Source of the DNA: Algoriphagus sp.
Lineage (GTDB): Bacteria; Bacteroidota; Bacteroidia; Cytophagales; Cyclobacteriaceae
Direction of reading: 5' to 3'
NCBI GenBank assembly: GCA_030833985.1
Contig: JAURGC010000001.1
Location: forward strand, 1 to 54,185
DNA length: 54,185 nucleotides
Made by a program: the position numbers and the translations under genes. Numbering within the stretch: position 1 is the first letter of the stretch; each line of letters starts with the position of its first letter. Below the pieces are notes generated by a model. The model was given only the letters and a program-made list of their open reading frames with translations. It did no database searches and was not told where the DNA came from. Of the stretch, positions 1-9,930 are shown in pieces.

Positions 1-107
1 ACCAAAAGCAAATTTTGGAACAACGAAAAGCAGCCATGGGGCCTAGAGAAAAACACCCTTCTTTTGAGGACCACCCGAGAGGTAGGGGACCGAGGCATAG
101 AAGATAA
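1..107 (+). CDS. 3' end of a gene entering the window (hypothetical protein, basic C-terminus)
   Basis: Frame from nt 3 is open: QKQILEQRKAAMGPREKHPSFEDHPRGRGPRHRR*, TAA at 105-107, followed by a terminator. Confidence 0.6.
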   Translation, partial: QKQILEQRKAAMGPREKHPSFEDHPRGRGPRHRR

Positions 108-155
108 ACTAAAAAAAGGGCCAGAGAGATCTGGCCCTTTTTTTAGTTTATCTTC
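100..155. terminator. Bidirectional intrinsic terminator (26-bp perfect inverted repeat, 4-nt loop)
   Basis: GAAGATAAACTAAAAAAAGGGCCAGA-gaga-TCTGGCCCTTTTTTTAGTTTATCTTC between convergent genes. Confidence 0.85.
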
Positions 156-158
156 ACT

Positions 159-1634
159 TTATAATGATTCGCGTTGTTCTTCAACTTCGTACAAGGAGGC
201 ATCTTTTCGCGGAAGGGAAGAGGAGCCCATCAAATACTCATCTACCATTACTGCAGCCTCTCGGCCTTCAGATATAGCCCATACAACCAAAGATTGACCC
301 CTTCTCATATCCCCAGCAAGAAATACCTTTGGATTGGTACTTACATAATTTTTAGATTTTGGGAGTTGGTTTTCTAGTAATTCTACTCCAAAATCAGACA
401 ATAGGGTTTGTTGTCCTGGCCCAACGTAGCCGATTGCAAGAAAGGCTAGATCGCAGGGAAGTGTGCGTTCGGTTCCCTCAATTACTTCAAATGTCATTCG
501 ACCCCCGGCCTCTTTCCATTCAATATCTACAAGTACCATCCCCGTTAGTTCCCCTTTTTCGTTGCCAACAAATTCTTTTGTCAATACGGCAAATAAACGT
601 TCGGCACCTTCCTCATGCGAACTTGAAGTGCGTAAGGTCATGGGCCATTCTGGCCAAGGATTTGCGTTAGTACGCTTCATTGGAGGTTTTGGGAGTAATT
701 CCAACTGGGTTACTTGTGAAGCACCATGCCTTCTTGAAGTGCCGATGCAATCACTTCCTGTATCTCCACCCCCAATCACCAAAACCTTTTTTCCTTTTGC
801 TGAGATGGGATTTGTTGCGGCTTCTCCACCAATCACTTGGTTTTGTTTACCAAGAAAGTCCATAGCAAAATGAACCCCTTTTAAGTTGCTCCCTGGAATG
901 TTTAAGGCCCGTGGTTGTTGGGCTCCGATAGACAAGACTACTGCATCGTACTCCTTTAAAATCTCTGCTGCTTGGATATTTATTCCGATTTCTGTTCGAG
1001 GGCTAAAACGAACTCCCTCTTCTTCCATCAAAGAAATTCTCCGGTCAATCACCCATTTTTCCAATTTGAAATCTGGAATACCGTATCGGAGAAGCCCTCC
1101 TATTTTGGCATTTTTTTCAAATAAAGTTACTTCATGACCTGCTTGATTTAATTGATCTGACGTAGCCAAGCCTGCAGGCCCAGAGCCAATTACCGCTACG
1201 CGTTTTCCTGTACGGTTTTTTGGTGGATTAGGGGCAATTAAGCCAAGTTCATACGCTTTTTCAGCAATATTTTTTTCAATTAGTTCAATAGTAACAGGGT
1301 CTTTGTTGATCCCTAAAACGCAGCTTGCTTCACATGGAGCAGGACAAATCCTGCCTGTAAATTCCGGGAAGTTATTCGTGCTTTTCAAGATGCGGATGGC
1401 TTGAGTCCAATTGTTCTCAAAAACTGCTTCGTTAAATTCAGGAATCACATTTCCAAGTGGACAGCCGTGGTGGCAAAAGGGCACCCCACAGTCCATGCAT
1501 CGTGCAGCTTGATTGTGCAATTGCTTGTCTGAAAAGGGAGTATAGATCTCTTGATAGTCTCCTAGGCGATCTTTAGGGTCTCTGCTCTTTGGAGTTTCTC
1601 GGCTGAAGTGTAAGAATCCGTCTTTTGTACCCAT
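159..1634 (-). CDS. gltD: Glutamate synthase small (beta) subunit
   Basis: RCMDCGVPFCHHGCP and GRICPAPCEASC Fe-S motifs, GSGPAG and GGGDTG dinucleotide motifs; ATG at 1634 (MGTKDGF) directly after the gltB stop. Confidence 0.95.
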   Translation of the reverse strand: MGTKDGFLHFSRETPKSRDPKDRLGDYQEIYTPFSDKQLHNQAARCMDCGVPFCHHGCPLGNVIPEFNEAVFENNWTQAIRILKSTNNFPEFTGRICPAPCEASCVLGINKDPVTIELIEKNIAEKAYELGLIAPNPPKNRTGKRVAVIGSGPAGLATSDQLNQAGHEVTLFEKNAKIGGLLRYGIPDFKLEKWVIDRRISLMEEEGVRFSPRTEIGINIQAAEILKEYDAVVLSIGAQQPRALNIPGSNLKGVHFAMDFLGKQNQVIGGEAATNPISAKGKKVLVIGGGDTGSDCIGTSRRHGASQVTQLELLPKPPMKRTNANPWPEWPMTLRTSSSHEEGAERLFAVLTKEFVGNEKGELTGMVLVDIEWKEAGGRMTFEVIEGTERTLPCDLAFLAIGYVGPGQQTLLSDFGVELLENQLPKSKNYVSTNPKVFLAGDMRRGQSLVVWAISEGREAAVMVDEYLMGSSSLPRKDASLYEVEEQRESL

Positions 1635-1635
1635 C

Positions 1636-4600
1636 TTAAGCAACTGTTTTTTCGTGTTTTAGTATATTTTTTGCGAGAACCGCCTTGTAGTCTCTTGGAA
1701 TAACTTTGATAAACCTGGCTTTTGCCTGTTCCCAGTTACCTAAAAACTGCTTAGCTAAGGCACTTTTTGTAAAGGCATGGTGTCGCTTGAGGTAATTGGA
1801 GAGCAAGTCATAATCTTGTTCCTCCATGGGGTCAATGTCCACCAATTCCGGATTTATTTCCGTATGATAGTCTTGGAGAATATAGGCAATTCCTCCACTC
1901 ATTCCTGCTGCAAAATTTCTTCCAATTTCGCCGAGGTTGATTAGCAATCCTCCAGTCATGTATTCGCATCCATGATCGCCTATTCCTTCAATGACTGCCT
2001 TTACCCCAGAATTTCGAACACAGAAGCGTTCGCCCCCTTTTCCGTTAATAAATGCTTCCCCAGATGTTGCGCCGTAAAAGGCAACGTTGCCAATGAGAAT
2101 ATTTTCTTCCGCTCGGAATCGAGCATTTCTACTAGGGTAGACGATAAGTCTTCCTCCTGAAAGGCCTTTGCCAAAGTAGTCATTTGCTTCCCCTTCCAAT
2201 TCAAAATTTACCCCTCTAGCTAAAAATCCACCAAAGGTTTGGCCCGCTGAACCCATAAAATTAAAATGGATGCTGTCCTCCGGAAGCCCTACACTTCCGT
2301 ATATTTTTGAAATTTCATTGGAGAGCATCGCTCCCACGGAGCGATCTGTATTTTTGATTTCAAAATGCCCAGTGACCTGTATGGCTTGCTCGAGTGCGGG
2401 AGTGGCAGAGGCAATTAATTTCCGATCCAAAACATCTTCCAAAGTAACCTCTTGGTCAATTTGCTTGAAGATTCCCACATGGCTAGGAACCTCTACTTTA
2501 TGGAAGATGGGTGACAGGTCAAGCTTGTCCCATTTCCAATGCTTCAAATGAGTACTGGCTTGCAATACTTGACTTTGCCCAACCATCTCATCGATAGTTC
2601 GGAAGCCAAGAGAAGCCATAATTTCACGTAAGTCCTGTACAATAAACTTGAAGTAATTGATTACATGTTCGGGATCTCCAGTAAATAACTTACGTAGCTC
2701 AGGGTCTTGTGTAGCAATCCCTACTGGACAGGTATTTAGATGGCATTTACGCATCATGATGCACCCTTCGGCTACCAAAGCTCCAGTAGCAACTCCCCAT
2801 TCCTCAGCTCCGAGGAGTGTAGCAATGGCTAGGTCCCTTCCTGTACGCAATTGTCCGTCTGTTTGAAGGACGACGCGACTTCGTAGGTTATTTTTGACTA
2901 AGGTCTGGTGCGCTTCCGCAAGACCTAGCTCCCAAGGAAGTCCTGCATGTCGAATAGAACTGAGTGGGGAAGCACCTGTACCCCCATCGGCTCCTGAGAT
3001 CAAGATTACATCCGCCATGGCTTTTGCTACCCCAGCTGCCACGGTACCTACTCCTGCTTGAGAAACAAGCTTCACATTGATGCGGGCAGCACGATTTGCA
3101 TTTTTTAGATCATAAATCAGCTGGGCCAAATCTTCAATTGAATAGATGTCATGGTGCGGAGGTGGAGAAATTAATCCTACACCTGGAGTTGCATGTCGCA
3201 CTCGTCCAATCCAGTCATCGACTTTATGTCCAGGTAGCTGTCCTCCTTCACCTGGCTTGGCTCCTTGTGCCATTTTGATTTGAAGTTCTGCAGCATGCGT
3301 TAGGTAATGGGAAGTTACTCCAAATCTCCCCGAGGCTACTTGTTTTATGGCAGATCTTTCCCAATCCCCATTTTCCTTTCTTTCGTAGCGCACTTCGTCT
3401 TCTCCCCCTTCTCCGGAATTGCTTTTCGCGCCGATACGATTCATCGCAATAGCCAACGTGGTATGTGCCTCATGGGAGATAGAGCCAAAGGACATTGCTC
3501 CAGTAGCAAAGCGCTTCATAATCTTTTCTGTCGGTTCTACTTCATCAAGAGGAACAGGGATTTGCTTTTTAAACTCAAACAATCCTCTCAAGGTCATTGC
3601 ATCTTGACGTTGCTCGTTAATTTTCTGAGCAAATTTTCGATACAGCTCATAGTCACCTAAGCGGGTAGATTTTTGAAGTAGGTGGATGGTTTCGGGATTG
3701 AACAAGTGCTTTTCACCTCTCCTTTTCCATTGGTATAGTCCTCCTGCTTCCAACACACCTTCTTGAGGAAGGTAGGCTGCGCGGTGGCGAATCAATACTT
3801 CTTCTGCTAGTTCATCAAAGGAAATTCCACTTATTCGGGAAGCAGTTCCTTTAAAACAGCGGTCCATCACCTCAGGTCCTAGGCCTATCGCCTCAAAAAT
3901 CTGAGCACCTTGGTACGATTGTAGGGTGGAAATCCCCATTTTGGAAAGCACTTTGAGAAGCCCTTTTCCAATGCCTTTCTGGTAATTGCTAAGCGCAGTT
4001 TTTTCATCTTTTGCCCCTGGGAGATCCCCTTTTCTAAAGAGCTCTACCAGTGATTCTAGTGCTAAATAGGGGTTGATGGCAGATACCCCATACCCAATGG
4101 CTGTAGCAAAGTGGTGTACTTCACGGATATCTGCTGATTCAAGGACCAGTCCTGCTCGCGTCCGGATTTTTTTCTTGATCAAGTGCTGGTGAACAGCCCC
4201 TATGGCCAATAGGGAAGGAATTGGAGCGAGCGTATCACTACTTTCTCTATCGGAAAGGATCAACACATTCTTTCCTTCCAAAAGGATAGCGTCTTCGGCT
4301 TGCTGGCAGAGTAAATCCAAGGCAGCGAGGAGTCTACCAGGCTGATGGTCTGCAATAAAATGACCAAATAAGCGCTTGGAGCGGTAACCTAGGTGTTCCA
4401 AGCGCGTGATTTTTTCCAAATCCTCATTTAATAAAACGGGCTGGGAAATGTGAATCTGTTTGGTGTGCTGGGGACTTTCCTCCAAAATATTGTGCCCTTC
4501 TCCTATTCGAGTAAAAAGGGACATAACTAATCGCTCCCGAATAGGGTCAATGGGAGGATTACTTACTTGGGCAAAAAGTTGTTTGAAGTAATTGGAGATA

Positions 4601-6129
4601 TGCTGACTTTGTTTGGAAAGCACCGCCAGTGGCGTATCTGCGCCCATAGACCCCACTGCTTCTTGACCTGCATTCCCAAGGGGGCTTAGAATTATTTTTA
4701 ATTCCTCAGAGGTATAGCCAAAGATGGTTTGTTGCTTTTGTATTTTTTCCGTGATGTAAGGGTAACTCAGTTCTTCCGGAGCAGGAACGAGTCGTAATTT
4801 GGTCCGCTGTTCGTTTACCCATTTTTCGTAAGGTTGTTGGCGACAGATTTCACCTTTTATTTCTTCATCCACAAGCACTTTACCTTTTTCAAGGTCTGCC
4901 CAAAGCATACGTCCCGGACTAATTCGTCCTTTTTGAGTGATCGTTGCTTCTCGGATCGGAAGCGCTCCTGCTTCTGAAGAGAGAATCAAACGTTGGTCTC
5001 TCGTAATGAAATACCGGAGAGGGCGTAGCCCATTGCGATCTAGGGTGGCCCCTACTGATTTACCATCTGTAAATAGAAGAGCAGCGGGCCCATCCCAAGG
5101 CTCCACCAAAGAGGCGTGGAATTTATAGAAGGCGGCTCTTTCCTTATCCATCACTTCATTGTCCTGCCAAGCCTCAGGAACCAACATCATCATGGCATGT
5201 GGAAGACTTCTTCCACTTAAGGTTAGCAGCTCTACCATCGCGTCCAAGTTGGCTGAATCAGAGTTCAGTTTATTGGTAATAGGCATCAGCATTGCCAACT
5301 CTTCTGGTGTAAACAAGGAGGACTTCATCAATGCCTCCTTAGACTTCATTTTATTTAGGTTGCCCCGAATGGTATTGATTTCCCCATTATGAGATAGGTA
5401 GCGAAATGGTTGAGCAAGCCTCCAATTCGGAAAAGTGTTGGTCGAGAAGCGGGAGTGAACGATCGCAAATGCAGATGCGATACGTGGGTTTTGTAGGTCT
5501 TTGAAAAAGGGCAATACCTGATCGGTTCGGAGCTGTCCCTTGTATACTAAGGTAAGTGAGCTAAAGCTGGCAAAATAAAAGGCTTGATTTACTCCTGGAA
5601 TAGATGCATTGATTGTTGAGCTAGAATAATTTCTAAGCACATATAACTTACGTTCCAAGTCAAGGCCTTGCAGTCCATTTTTGTGTCGGACAAATACCTG
5701 TTCAATGATAGGCATGACTTCTAGCGCGCTTGAACCAGGGATAGTTTCGTCCACTGGTACTTTTCGATAGCCAATTAATTCAAAGTCTAGCTCGTCAATT
5801 AGTTCGTTTAGAAGGGTTTTTGCTTTGGCATACAGTTGCTTATTGTTCGGGAAAAAAGTCATCCCAAGTCCAAATTCTCCTGGAGGGGGCAATTGGATTT
5901 CTGTACGTGCAGTAACATCCTGAAGAAACTGATGGGGGATTTGTATAGAAATACCTGCTCCATCGCCCGTTTTAGGATCAGACCCACGTCCACCACGATG
6001 TTCCATGTTACTCAACATGTACAAAGCACCACTAATGGTTTCATGGGTAGGCTCATTGGTAAGATCCACTACCGCTCCAATACCACAGGAGTCGTGTTCA
6101 AATTCCTGCCGATATAACCCTTGCTGCAT
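1636..6129 (-). CDS. gltB: Glutamate synthase large (alpha) subunit
   Basis: EHDSCGIG Ntn-amidotransferase Cys, HSRFSTNT, KMAQGAKPGEGGQLPG, CIMMRKCHLNTCPVG 3Fe-4S motif; probable start MQQGLY at 6129 rather than 6243. Confidence 0.96.
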   Translation of the reverse strand: MQQGLYRQEFEHDSCGIGAVVDLTNEPTHETISGALYMLSNMEHRGGRGSDPKTGDGAGISIQIPHQFLQDVTARTEIQLPPPGEFGLGMTFFPNNKQLYAKAKTLLNELIDELDFELIGYRKVPVDETIPGSSALEVMPIIEQVFVRHKNGLQGLDLERKLYVLRNYSSSTINASIPGVNQAFYFASFSSLTLVYKGQLRTDQVLPFFKDLQNPRIASAFAIVHSRFSTNTFPNWRLAQPFRYLSHNGEINTIRGNLNKMKSKEALMKSSLFTPEELAMLMPITNKLNSDSANLDAMVELLTLSGRSLPHAMMMLVPEAWQDNEVMDKERAAFYKFHASLVEPWDGPAALLFTDGKSVGATLDRNGLRPLRYFITRDQRLILSSEAGALPIREATITQKGRISPGRMLWADLEKGKVLVDEEIKGEICRQQPYEKWVNEQRTKLRLVPAPEELSYPYITEKIQKQQTIFGYTSEELKIILSPLGNAGQEAVGSMGADTPLAVLSKQSQHISNYFKQLFAQVSNPPIDPIRERLVMSLFTRIGEGHNILEESPQHTKQIHISQPVLLNEDLEKITRLEHLGYRSKRLFGHFIADHQPGRLLAALDLLCQQAEDAILLEGKNVLILSDRESSDTLAPIPSLLAIGAVHQHLIKKKIRTRAGLVLESADIREVHHFATAIGYGVSAINPYLALESLVELFRKGDLPGAKDEKTALSNYQKGIGKGLLKVLSKMGISTLQSYQGAQIFEAIGLGPEVMDRCFKGTASRISGISFDELAEEVLIRHRAAYLPQEGVLEAGGLYQWKRRGEKHLFNPETIHLLQKSTRLGDYELYRKFAQKINEQRQDAMTLRGLFEFKKQIPVPLDEVEPTEKIMKRFATGAMSFGSISHEAHTTLAIAMNRIGAKSNSGEGGEDEVRYERKENGDWERSAIKQVASGRFGVTSHYLTHAAELQIKMAQGAKPGEGGQLPGHKVDDWIGRVRHATPGVGLISPPPHHDIYSIEDLAQLIYDLKNANRAARINVKLVSQAGVGTVAAGVAKAMADVILISGADGGTGASPLSSIRHAGLPWELGLAEAHQTLVKNNLRSRVVLQTDGQLRTGRDLAIATLLGAEEWGVATGALVAEGCIMMRKCHLNTCPVGIATQDPELRKLFTGDPEHVINYFKFIVQDLREIMASLGFRTIDEMVGQSQVLQASTHLKHWKWDKLDLSPIFHKVEVPSHVGIFKQIDQEVTLEDVLDRKLIASATPALEQAIQVTGHFEIKNTDRSVGAMLSNEISKIYGSVGLPEDSIHFNFMGSAGQTFGGFLARGVNFELEGEANDYFGKGLSGGRLIVYPSRNARFRAEENILIGNVAFYGATSGEAFINGKGGERFCVRNSGVKAVIEGIGDHGCEYMTGGLLINLGEIGRNFAAGMSGGIAYILQDYHTEINPELVDIDPMEEQDYDLLSNYLKRHHAFTKSALAKQFLGNWEQAKARFIKVIPRDYKAVLAKNILKHEKTVA

Positions 6130-6501
6130 TCTTATTTGATTTAATAGGTTCAAAAATTTCCAAAATGTACAAAATTTACTTATTTCTTTAAAATATGTGC
6201 AATGAAAAAAGCACATAAGTGTCAAAATGTTCAAAAAAATCAACTTTTTTAAAAAAATTGAAATGCTAATTACACTTAAATCAAATCAATAAATTGGGGA
6301 AATCATCACTTTTTTAAAAAAATGACTTGTATTTTGAACTTGATTTTTTGAAAATCATTGATTTATCCTCTCTTGAGGCATGAATTTAAATTCACTAATT
6401 TTTTTTTAATAAAATGAGGGTATTTGCTCAAAAGCCCCCAATATTATTTGGATAAAGTGCCTTGAATGCCAAATAAAAAAGAGGAATTACTAAAAAATGA
6501 G

Positions 6502-7851
6502 TTAATCTGTAAAAGGGGATGTGCTATCTTTTTCTGGGTTAGACAGGTGAACTTTCACCTTTTTGATTTTGCGAGCATCTACTGCAAGAATGGTAAATTC
6601 AAAGTTTTCGTACCGAATTTTGGCACCGTTCTTTGGAAGTTTTGTATTGAGTTCGAGTAAAAGCCCTCCAAGTGATTCATTTTCTCCTTTGACCTCTTCA
6701 AAGAGTTGTGGGTCTAGATCTAGTTTTTTACAAAAATCATGCAGGGACACCTTTCCTTCAAAAATAAAAGTATCTGCATCAAGTTCCTGAAAAAATAACG
6801 TATCTGTATCGTCGAATTCGTCGTTGATTTCTCCGATAATCTCCTCTATTAAATCTTCAAAAGTAACCAATCCAGAAGTGCCTCCATATTCATCCACGAC
6901 AATCGCCATATGCACCCTCATTTTTTGAAAGTCTTTAAGTAAGGTGTCCGCTTTCTTGTTTTCAGGGACGAAGAAACTTTTTCGAATCAAGGTTTTCCAA
7001 TCGAAAGTTTCGTCTTTATCAATGTGTGGGAGCAAGTCTTTGATGTAGAGTATACCTAATATATGGTCAATAGTTTCTTCGTAGACGGGAATTCGGGAGT
7101 ATCCGCTCTTATTTACCTTGTCCATTAATTCATGGAAATCAATTTCTACGTCTACTGCATAAATTTCCATCCTACTTTTCATTACTTGCCGTACACTTAG
7201 TGTTCCAAAATTCACGATTCCTCGTAAGATTTCTTTTTCCTCTTCTGGGGTATCTTCGGTAGTTAATTCTAGTGCTTGATGGAGTTCATCTACGGATAGG
7301 GTGTATCCTTTTTGTTGAACTCGTTTCTCTATGACATTGCTAAATACAATCAATAGGCTAGAAAATGGCTTGAGGATCTGAGTAAAGAAAAATAAAGGGG
7401 AAGCGAGTGCTTGGGCAAATTGGCCTTTGGCTTGGTTTGCATAGACCTTTGGTACGATTTCACCAAAAAAAACAATTGCAAAAGTGACGCCTACTGTTTG
7501 AAAAAGAATGATCACTACGCCTGTGGCATTTGTTCCGAATAAGGTCCAAGTCACAAAGGTAGTGAGCGTGACGATAGCGATATTGATTAGGTTGTTTAGA
7601 ATCAGGATGGTGCTCAGGAGGACTTTTGGCATAGCCAATAGGCTGGTGATGACGCTCCCTTTTTCAGGATTTTTTTGATTCAGTTCGATTAGATCCTCTT
7701 TCCCTAAGGAGAAAAACGCAACCTCTGAACCAGAAACTAAAGCTGAGGCCACTAGAAGAAGAAGGAGCGCAAGTCCGTTGACTAAAAAATAAGATAATGA
7801 GTAGGAAGTAACCTGGGCCAACAGAAAGTAACTCGGGTAGGGATCATCCAT
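6502..7851 (-). CDS. gldE: Gliding motility-associated protein GldE (CNNM/DUF21 + CBS + CorC domains)
   Basis: SGSEVAFFSL, GEIVPKVYA, SGYSRIPVY, VVDEYGGTSG motifs; typical mutY-ssb-gldE context; likely start MDDPYPS. Confidence 0.82.
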   Translation of the reverse strand: MDDPYPSYFLLAQVTSYSLSYFLVNGLALLLLLVASALVSGSEVAFFSLGKEDLIELNQKNPEKGSVITSLLAMPKVLLSTILILNNLINIAIVTLTTFVTWTLFGTNATGVVIILFQTVGVTFAIVFFGEIVPKVYANQAKGQFAQALASPLFFFTQILKPFSSLLIVFSNVIEKRVQQKGYTLSVDELHQALELTTEDTPEEEKEILRGIVNFGTLSVRQVMKSRMEIYAVDVEIDFHELMDKVNKSGYSRIPVYEETIDHILGILYIKDLLPHIDKDETFDWKTLIRKSFFVPENKKADTLLKDFQKMRVHMAIVVDEYGGTSGLVTFEDLIEEIIGEINDEFDDTDTLFFQELDADTFIFEGKVSLHDFCKKLDLDPQLFEEVKGENESLGGLLLELNTKLPKNGAKIRYENFEFTILAVDARKIKKVKVHLSNPEKDSTSPFTD

Positions 7852-7881
7852 GTGTTCGTGAAAATAGGTGCTCAAAGGTAA

Positions 7882-7914
7882 TCAAATCCCCTGAATCGTG
7901 TACAGGGGATTTGA
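7882..7914 (-). terminator. Hairpin between ssb and gldE (leaky terminator or stabilising stem)
   Basis: TCAAATCCCCTG-N9-CAGGGGATTTGA, 12-bp stem, weak U tract. Confidence 0.55.
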
Positions 7915-7921
7915 ATTTCCA

Positions 7922-8362
7922 TTAAAAAGGAAGGTCATCGTCTCCCTCGTCAAGGGAAACCTGTGGGGCCGTAGCTACTGGAGCTGAATTTGCTGCTGCT
8001 GCTGCAGGAGGATTACTTGCCATTCCATCTGGCTTGCCTCCAAGCATGGTAAAACTCAAAACACGGATTTTCATTCGCTTTCGATTTTGCCCTTGTTCGT
8101 CCGTCCATTTATCTGACTTGATTTTTCCTTCGACGTAAATTTGTGAACCTTTCTTTAAGTATTTCTCCGCGATTTTTGCCTGTTGGTCCCACAATTCTAA
8201 ATCGTGCCATTCGGTTTGTTCTACTCTATTTCCAGCTCTATCCTGGTACGCTTCTGAGGTTGCAAGGCTGAGATTGGCTACAACTTTCTCCCCTTCGAGG
8301 TATTTCACTTCAGGGTCAGCACCAAGGTGACCTACTAAAATGACTTTATTTACTCCTGCCAT
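7922..8362 (-). CDS. ssb: Single-stranded DNA-binding protein
   Basis: GVNKVILVGHLGADPEV, TEWH, KKGSQIYVEGK, acidic tail DDDLPF. Confidence 0.97.
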   Translation of the reverse strand: MAGVNKVILVGHLGADPEVKYLEGEKVVANLSLATSEAYQDRAGNRVEQTEWHDLELWDQQAKIAEKYLKKGSQIYVEGKIKSDKWTDEQGQNRKRMKIRVLSFTMLGGKPDGMASNPPAAAAANSAPVATAPQVSLDEGDDDLPF

Positions 8363-8408
8363 ACTGTTTTTGTTTTGATAGTTAAAAAGTTTAGAAAAAT
8401 GAAAGTAA

Positions 8409-9461
8409 TCAATTCTCTCGATCAGTCAAATAGCGAAGGATCAATTTAGGCTTGGGTAAGCCGTCAATTTCTTCTTCAACTACTAGATCAAACCCTTCAT
8501 TTTGGCACCATTCTCTTAATTTGGGAAGGTTTTTTTCTGAAAGTGAGCATTCCCAAAAGCTGGCCAGTATCCGTTGGTGTGACAGTAGATGTCGGTATTT
8601 TTTGGGATATAGGGTTGCTTCTAATTGAAGATTCCCCAGCCAAGGGAAGGTTTGAGGAAATTGGGGAAAATCGTACAAACCTGTCCATATGTCTCCTTCC
8701 CCTCTTTTATGCACAACCAGATGACCTGCACACGATAGGACGAGATAGTTGAGTTCTCGTTCCTTGACTTTGACCTTATTTATTTTTACCGGCAAAGAGT
8801 CAATGAGTTCATTTTGATAGGCAAAACAAGAATGTGTCAGAGGACAAGTATCGCAGTTTGGTTTAGTGGGAGTACAGCAACGGGATCCAAAATCCATCAT
8901 GGCCTGATTAAATTCTCCCGGGGCATTTACTGGGATGAGTTGATTGGCGAGTGCTTCAAATTCTTTTTTCCCACGGCTACTGTTAATATCGGTTGCAATG
9001 CCAAAATACCGAGCGAGCACCCGAAATACATTTCCATCTACCACAGCCTGTACTTCTCCAAAAGCAAAGCTAGAGATAGCAGCAGCCGTATAGCTGCCTA
9101 CTCCTTTGAGTAGAATAAGTGTTTCGTAGCGGTCAGGAAATTTCCCATCCAATTTTTCGACAATGTAGTTGGCACAAGCATGCAGGTTGCGTGCTCGGCT
9201 ATAATAGCCAAGTCCTTGCCAGAGTCTCAATACCTCTTCTTCTGGAGCTGCTGCTAGTTGATGTACAGTAGGATAGGCTTTTGAGAATGCTTCGAAATAA
9301 GGCAACCCTTGCGCAACCCGTGTTTGCTGAAGGATGATTTCTGAGAGCCAGATTAGGTAGGGATCTTGGGTTTCTCGCCAAGGTAAATGCCGAGGATTTT
9401 CTCGGTACCAAGAAATAATTGAGTTTGAAAACCATTGATTTTCAGTCGATTTACTCTTCAT
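8409..9461 (-). CDS. mutY: A/G-specific adenine glycosylase
   Basis: PYLIWLSEIILQQTRV, WQGLGYYSRARNLH, VDGNVFRVLAR, C-x6-C-x2-C-x5-C 4Fe-4S motif. Confidence 0.96.
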   Translation of the reverse strand: MKSKSTENQWFSNSIISWYRENPRHLPWRETQDPYLIWLSEIILQQTRVAQGLPYFEAFSKAYPTVHQLAAAPEEEVLRLWQGLGYYSRARNLHACANYIVEKLDGKFPDRYETLILLKGVGSYTAAAISSFAFGEVQAVVDGNVFRVLARYFGIATDINSSRGKKEFEALANQLIPVNAPGEFNQAMMDFGSRCCTPTKPNCDTCPLTHSCFAYQNELIDSLPVKINKVKVKERELNYLVLSCAGHLVVHKRGEGDIWTGLYDFPQFPQTFPWLGNLQLEATLYPKKYRHLLSHQRILASFWECSLSEKNLPKLREWCQNEGFDLVVEEEIDGLPKPKLILRYLTDREN

Positions 9462-9532
9462 TGAAGGAGGATTAAGAAAATATAAACCAAGGTATTTTTT
9501 TTGAATATCTTTTTTAATTGCGTTGGTTCTTG

Positions 9533-9540
9533 TACATTTG
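9533..9540 (+). promoter_or_regulatory. Bacteroidota sigma-A -7 element for the HU operon
   Basis: TACATTTG matches TAnnTTTG, 66 nt before the HU start. Confidence 0.65.
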
Positions 9541-9606
9541 CAATCCCAAAAATACTTGGTTAATAGGTTGTTAAGCTTATTTCGAAATTTCTAAATTTTA
9601 ATCACA

Positions 9607-9915
9607 GTGACCAAAGCAGAAGTAATTACTAAAATTTCCGAAAAGACCGGAATTCAAAAAGACGATGTAACTCAAGCAGTAGAGGCATTTTTCAAGGTAG
9701 TAAAAGATTCAATGGCAGATGGAGAAAACATTTATGTCAGAGGATTTGGAAGTTTCATCAACAAAAAAAGAGCAAAGAAAATTGCCCGTAACATTTCAAA
9801 GAATACGGCAATAGTTATTGAAGAGCATCACATACCTGCATTTAAGCCTTCCAAGGTATTTGTAGAAAAGATTAAAAACAGTAAGAAAATTAAACAATTG
9901 GCAGCTCAAGTATAA
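9607..9915 (+). CDS. HU/IHF family histone-like DNA-binding protein
   Basis: MTKAEVITKISEKTG, IYVRGFGSF, ARNISKN, IPAFKPSK; GTG start. Confidence 0.93.
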   Translation: MTKAEVITKISEKTGIQKDDVTQAVEAFFKVVKDSMADGENIYVRGFGSFINKKRAKKIARNISKNTAIVIEEHHIPAFKPSKVFVEKIKNSKKIKQLAAQV

Positions 9916-9930
9916 GGCTGAGCGTGGAGG

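Noticed and set aside
6130-6243. N-terminal extensions in the ORF track (gltB 6243; also aspS 18068, hydrolase 24691, DUF4105 34879, deaminase 39804, yhhN 20711)
   Set aside because: The extensions run through promoter or AT-rich leader DNA; family-typical N-termini begin at downstream ATGs.
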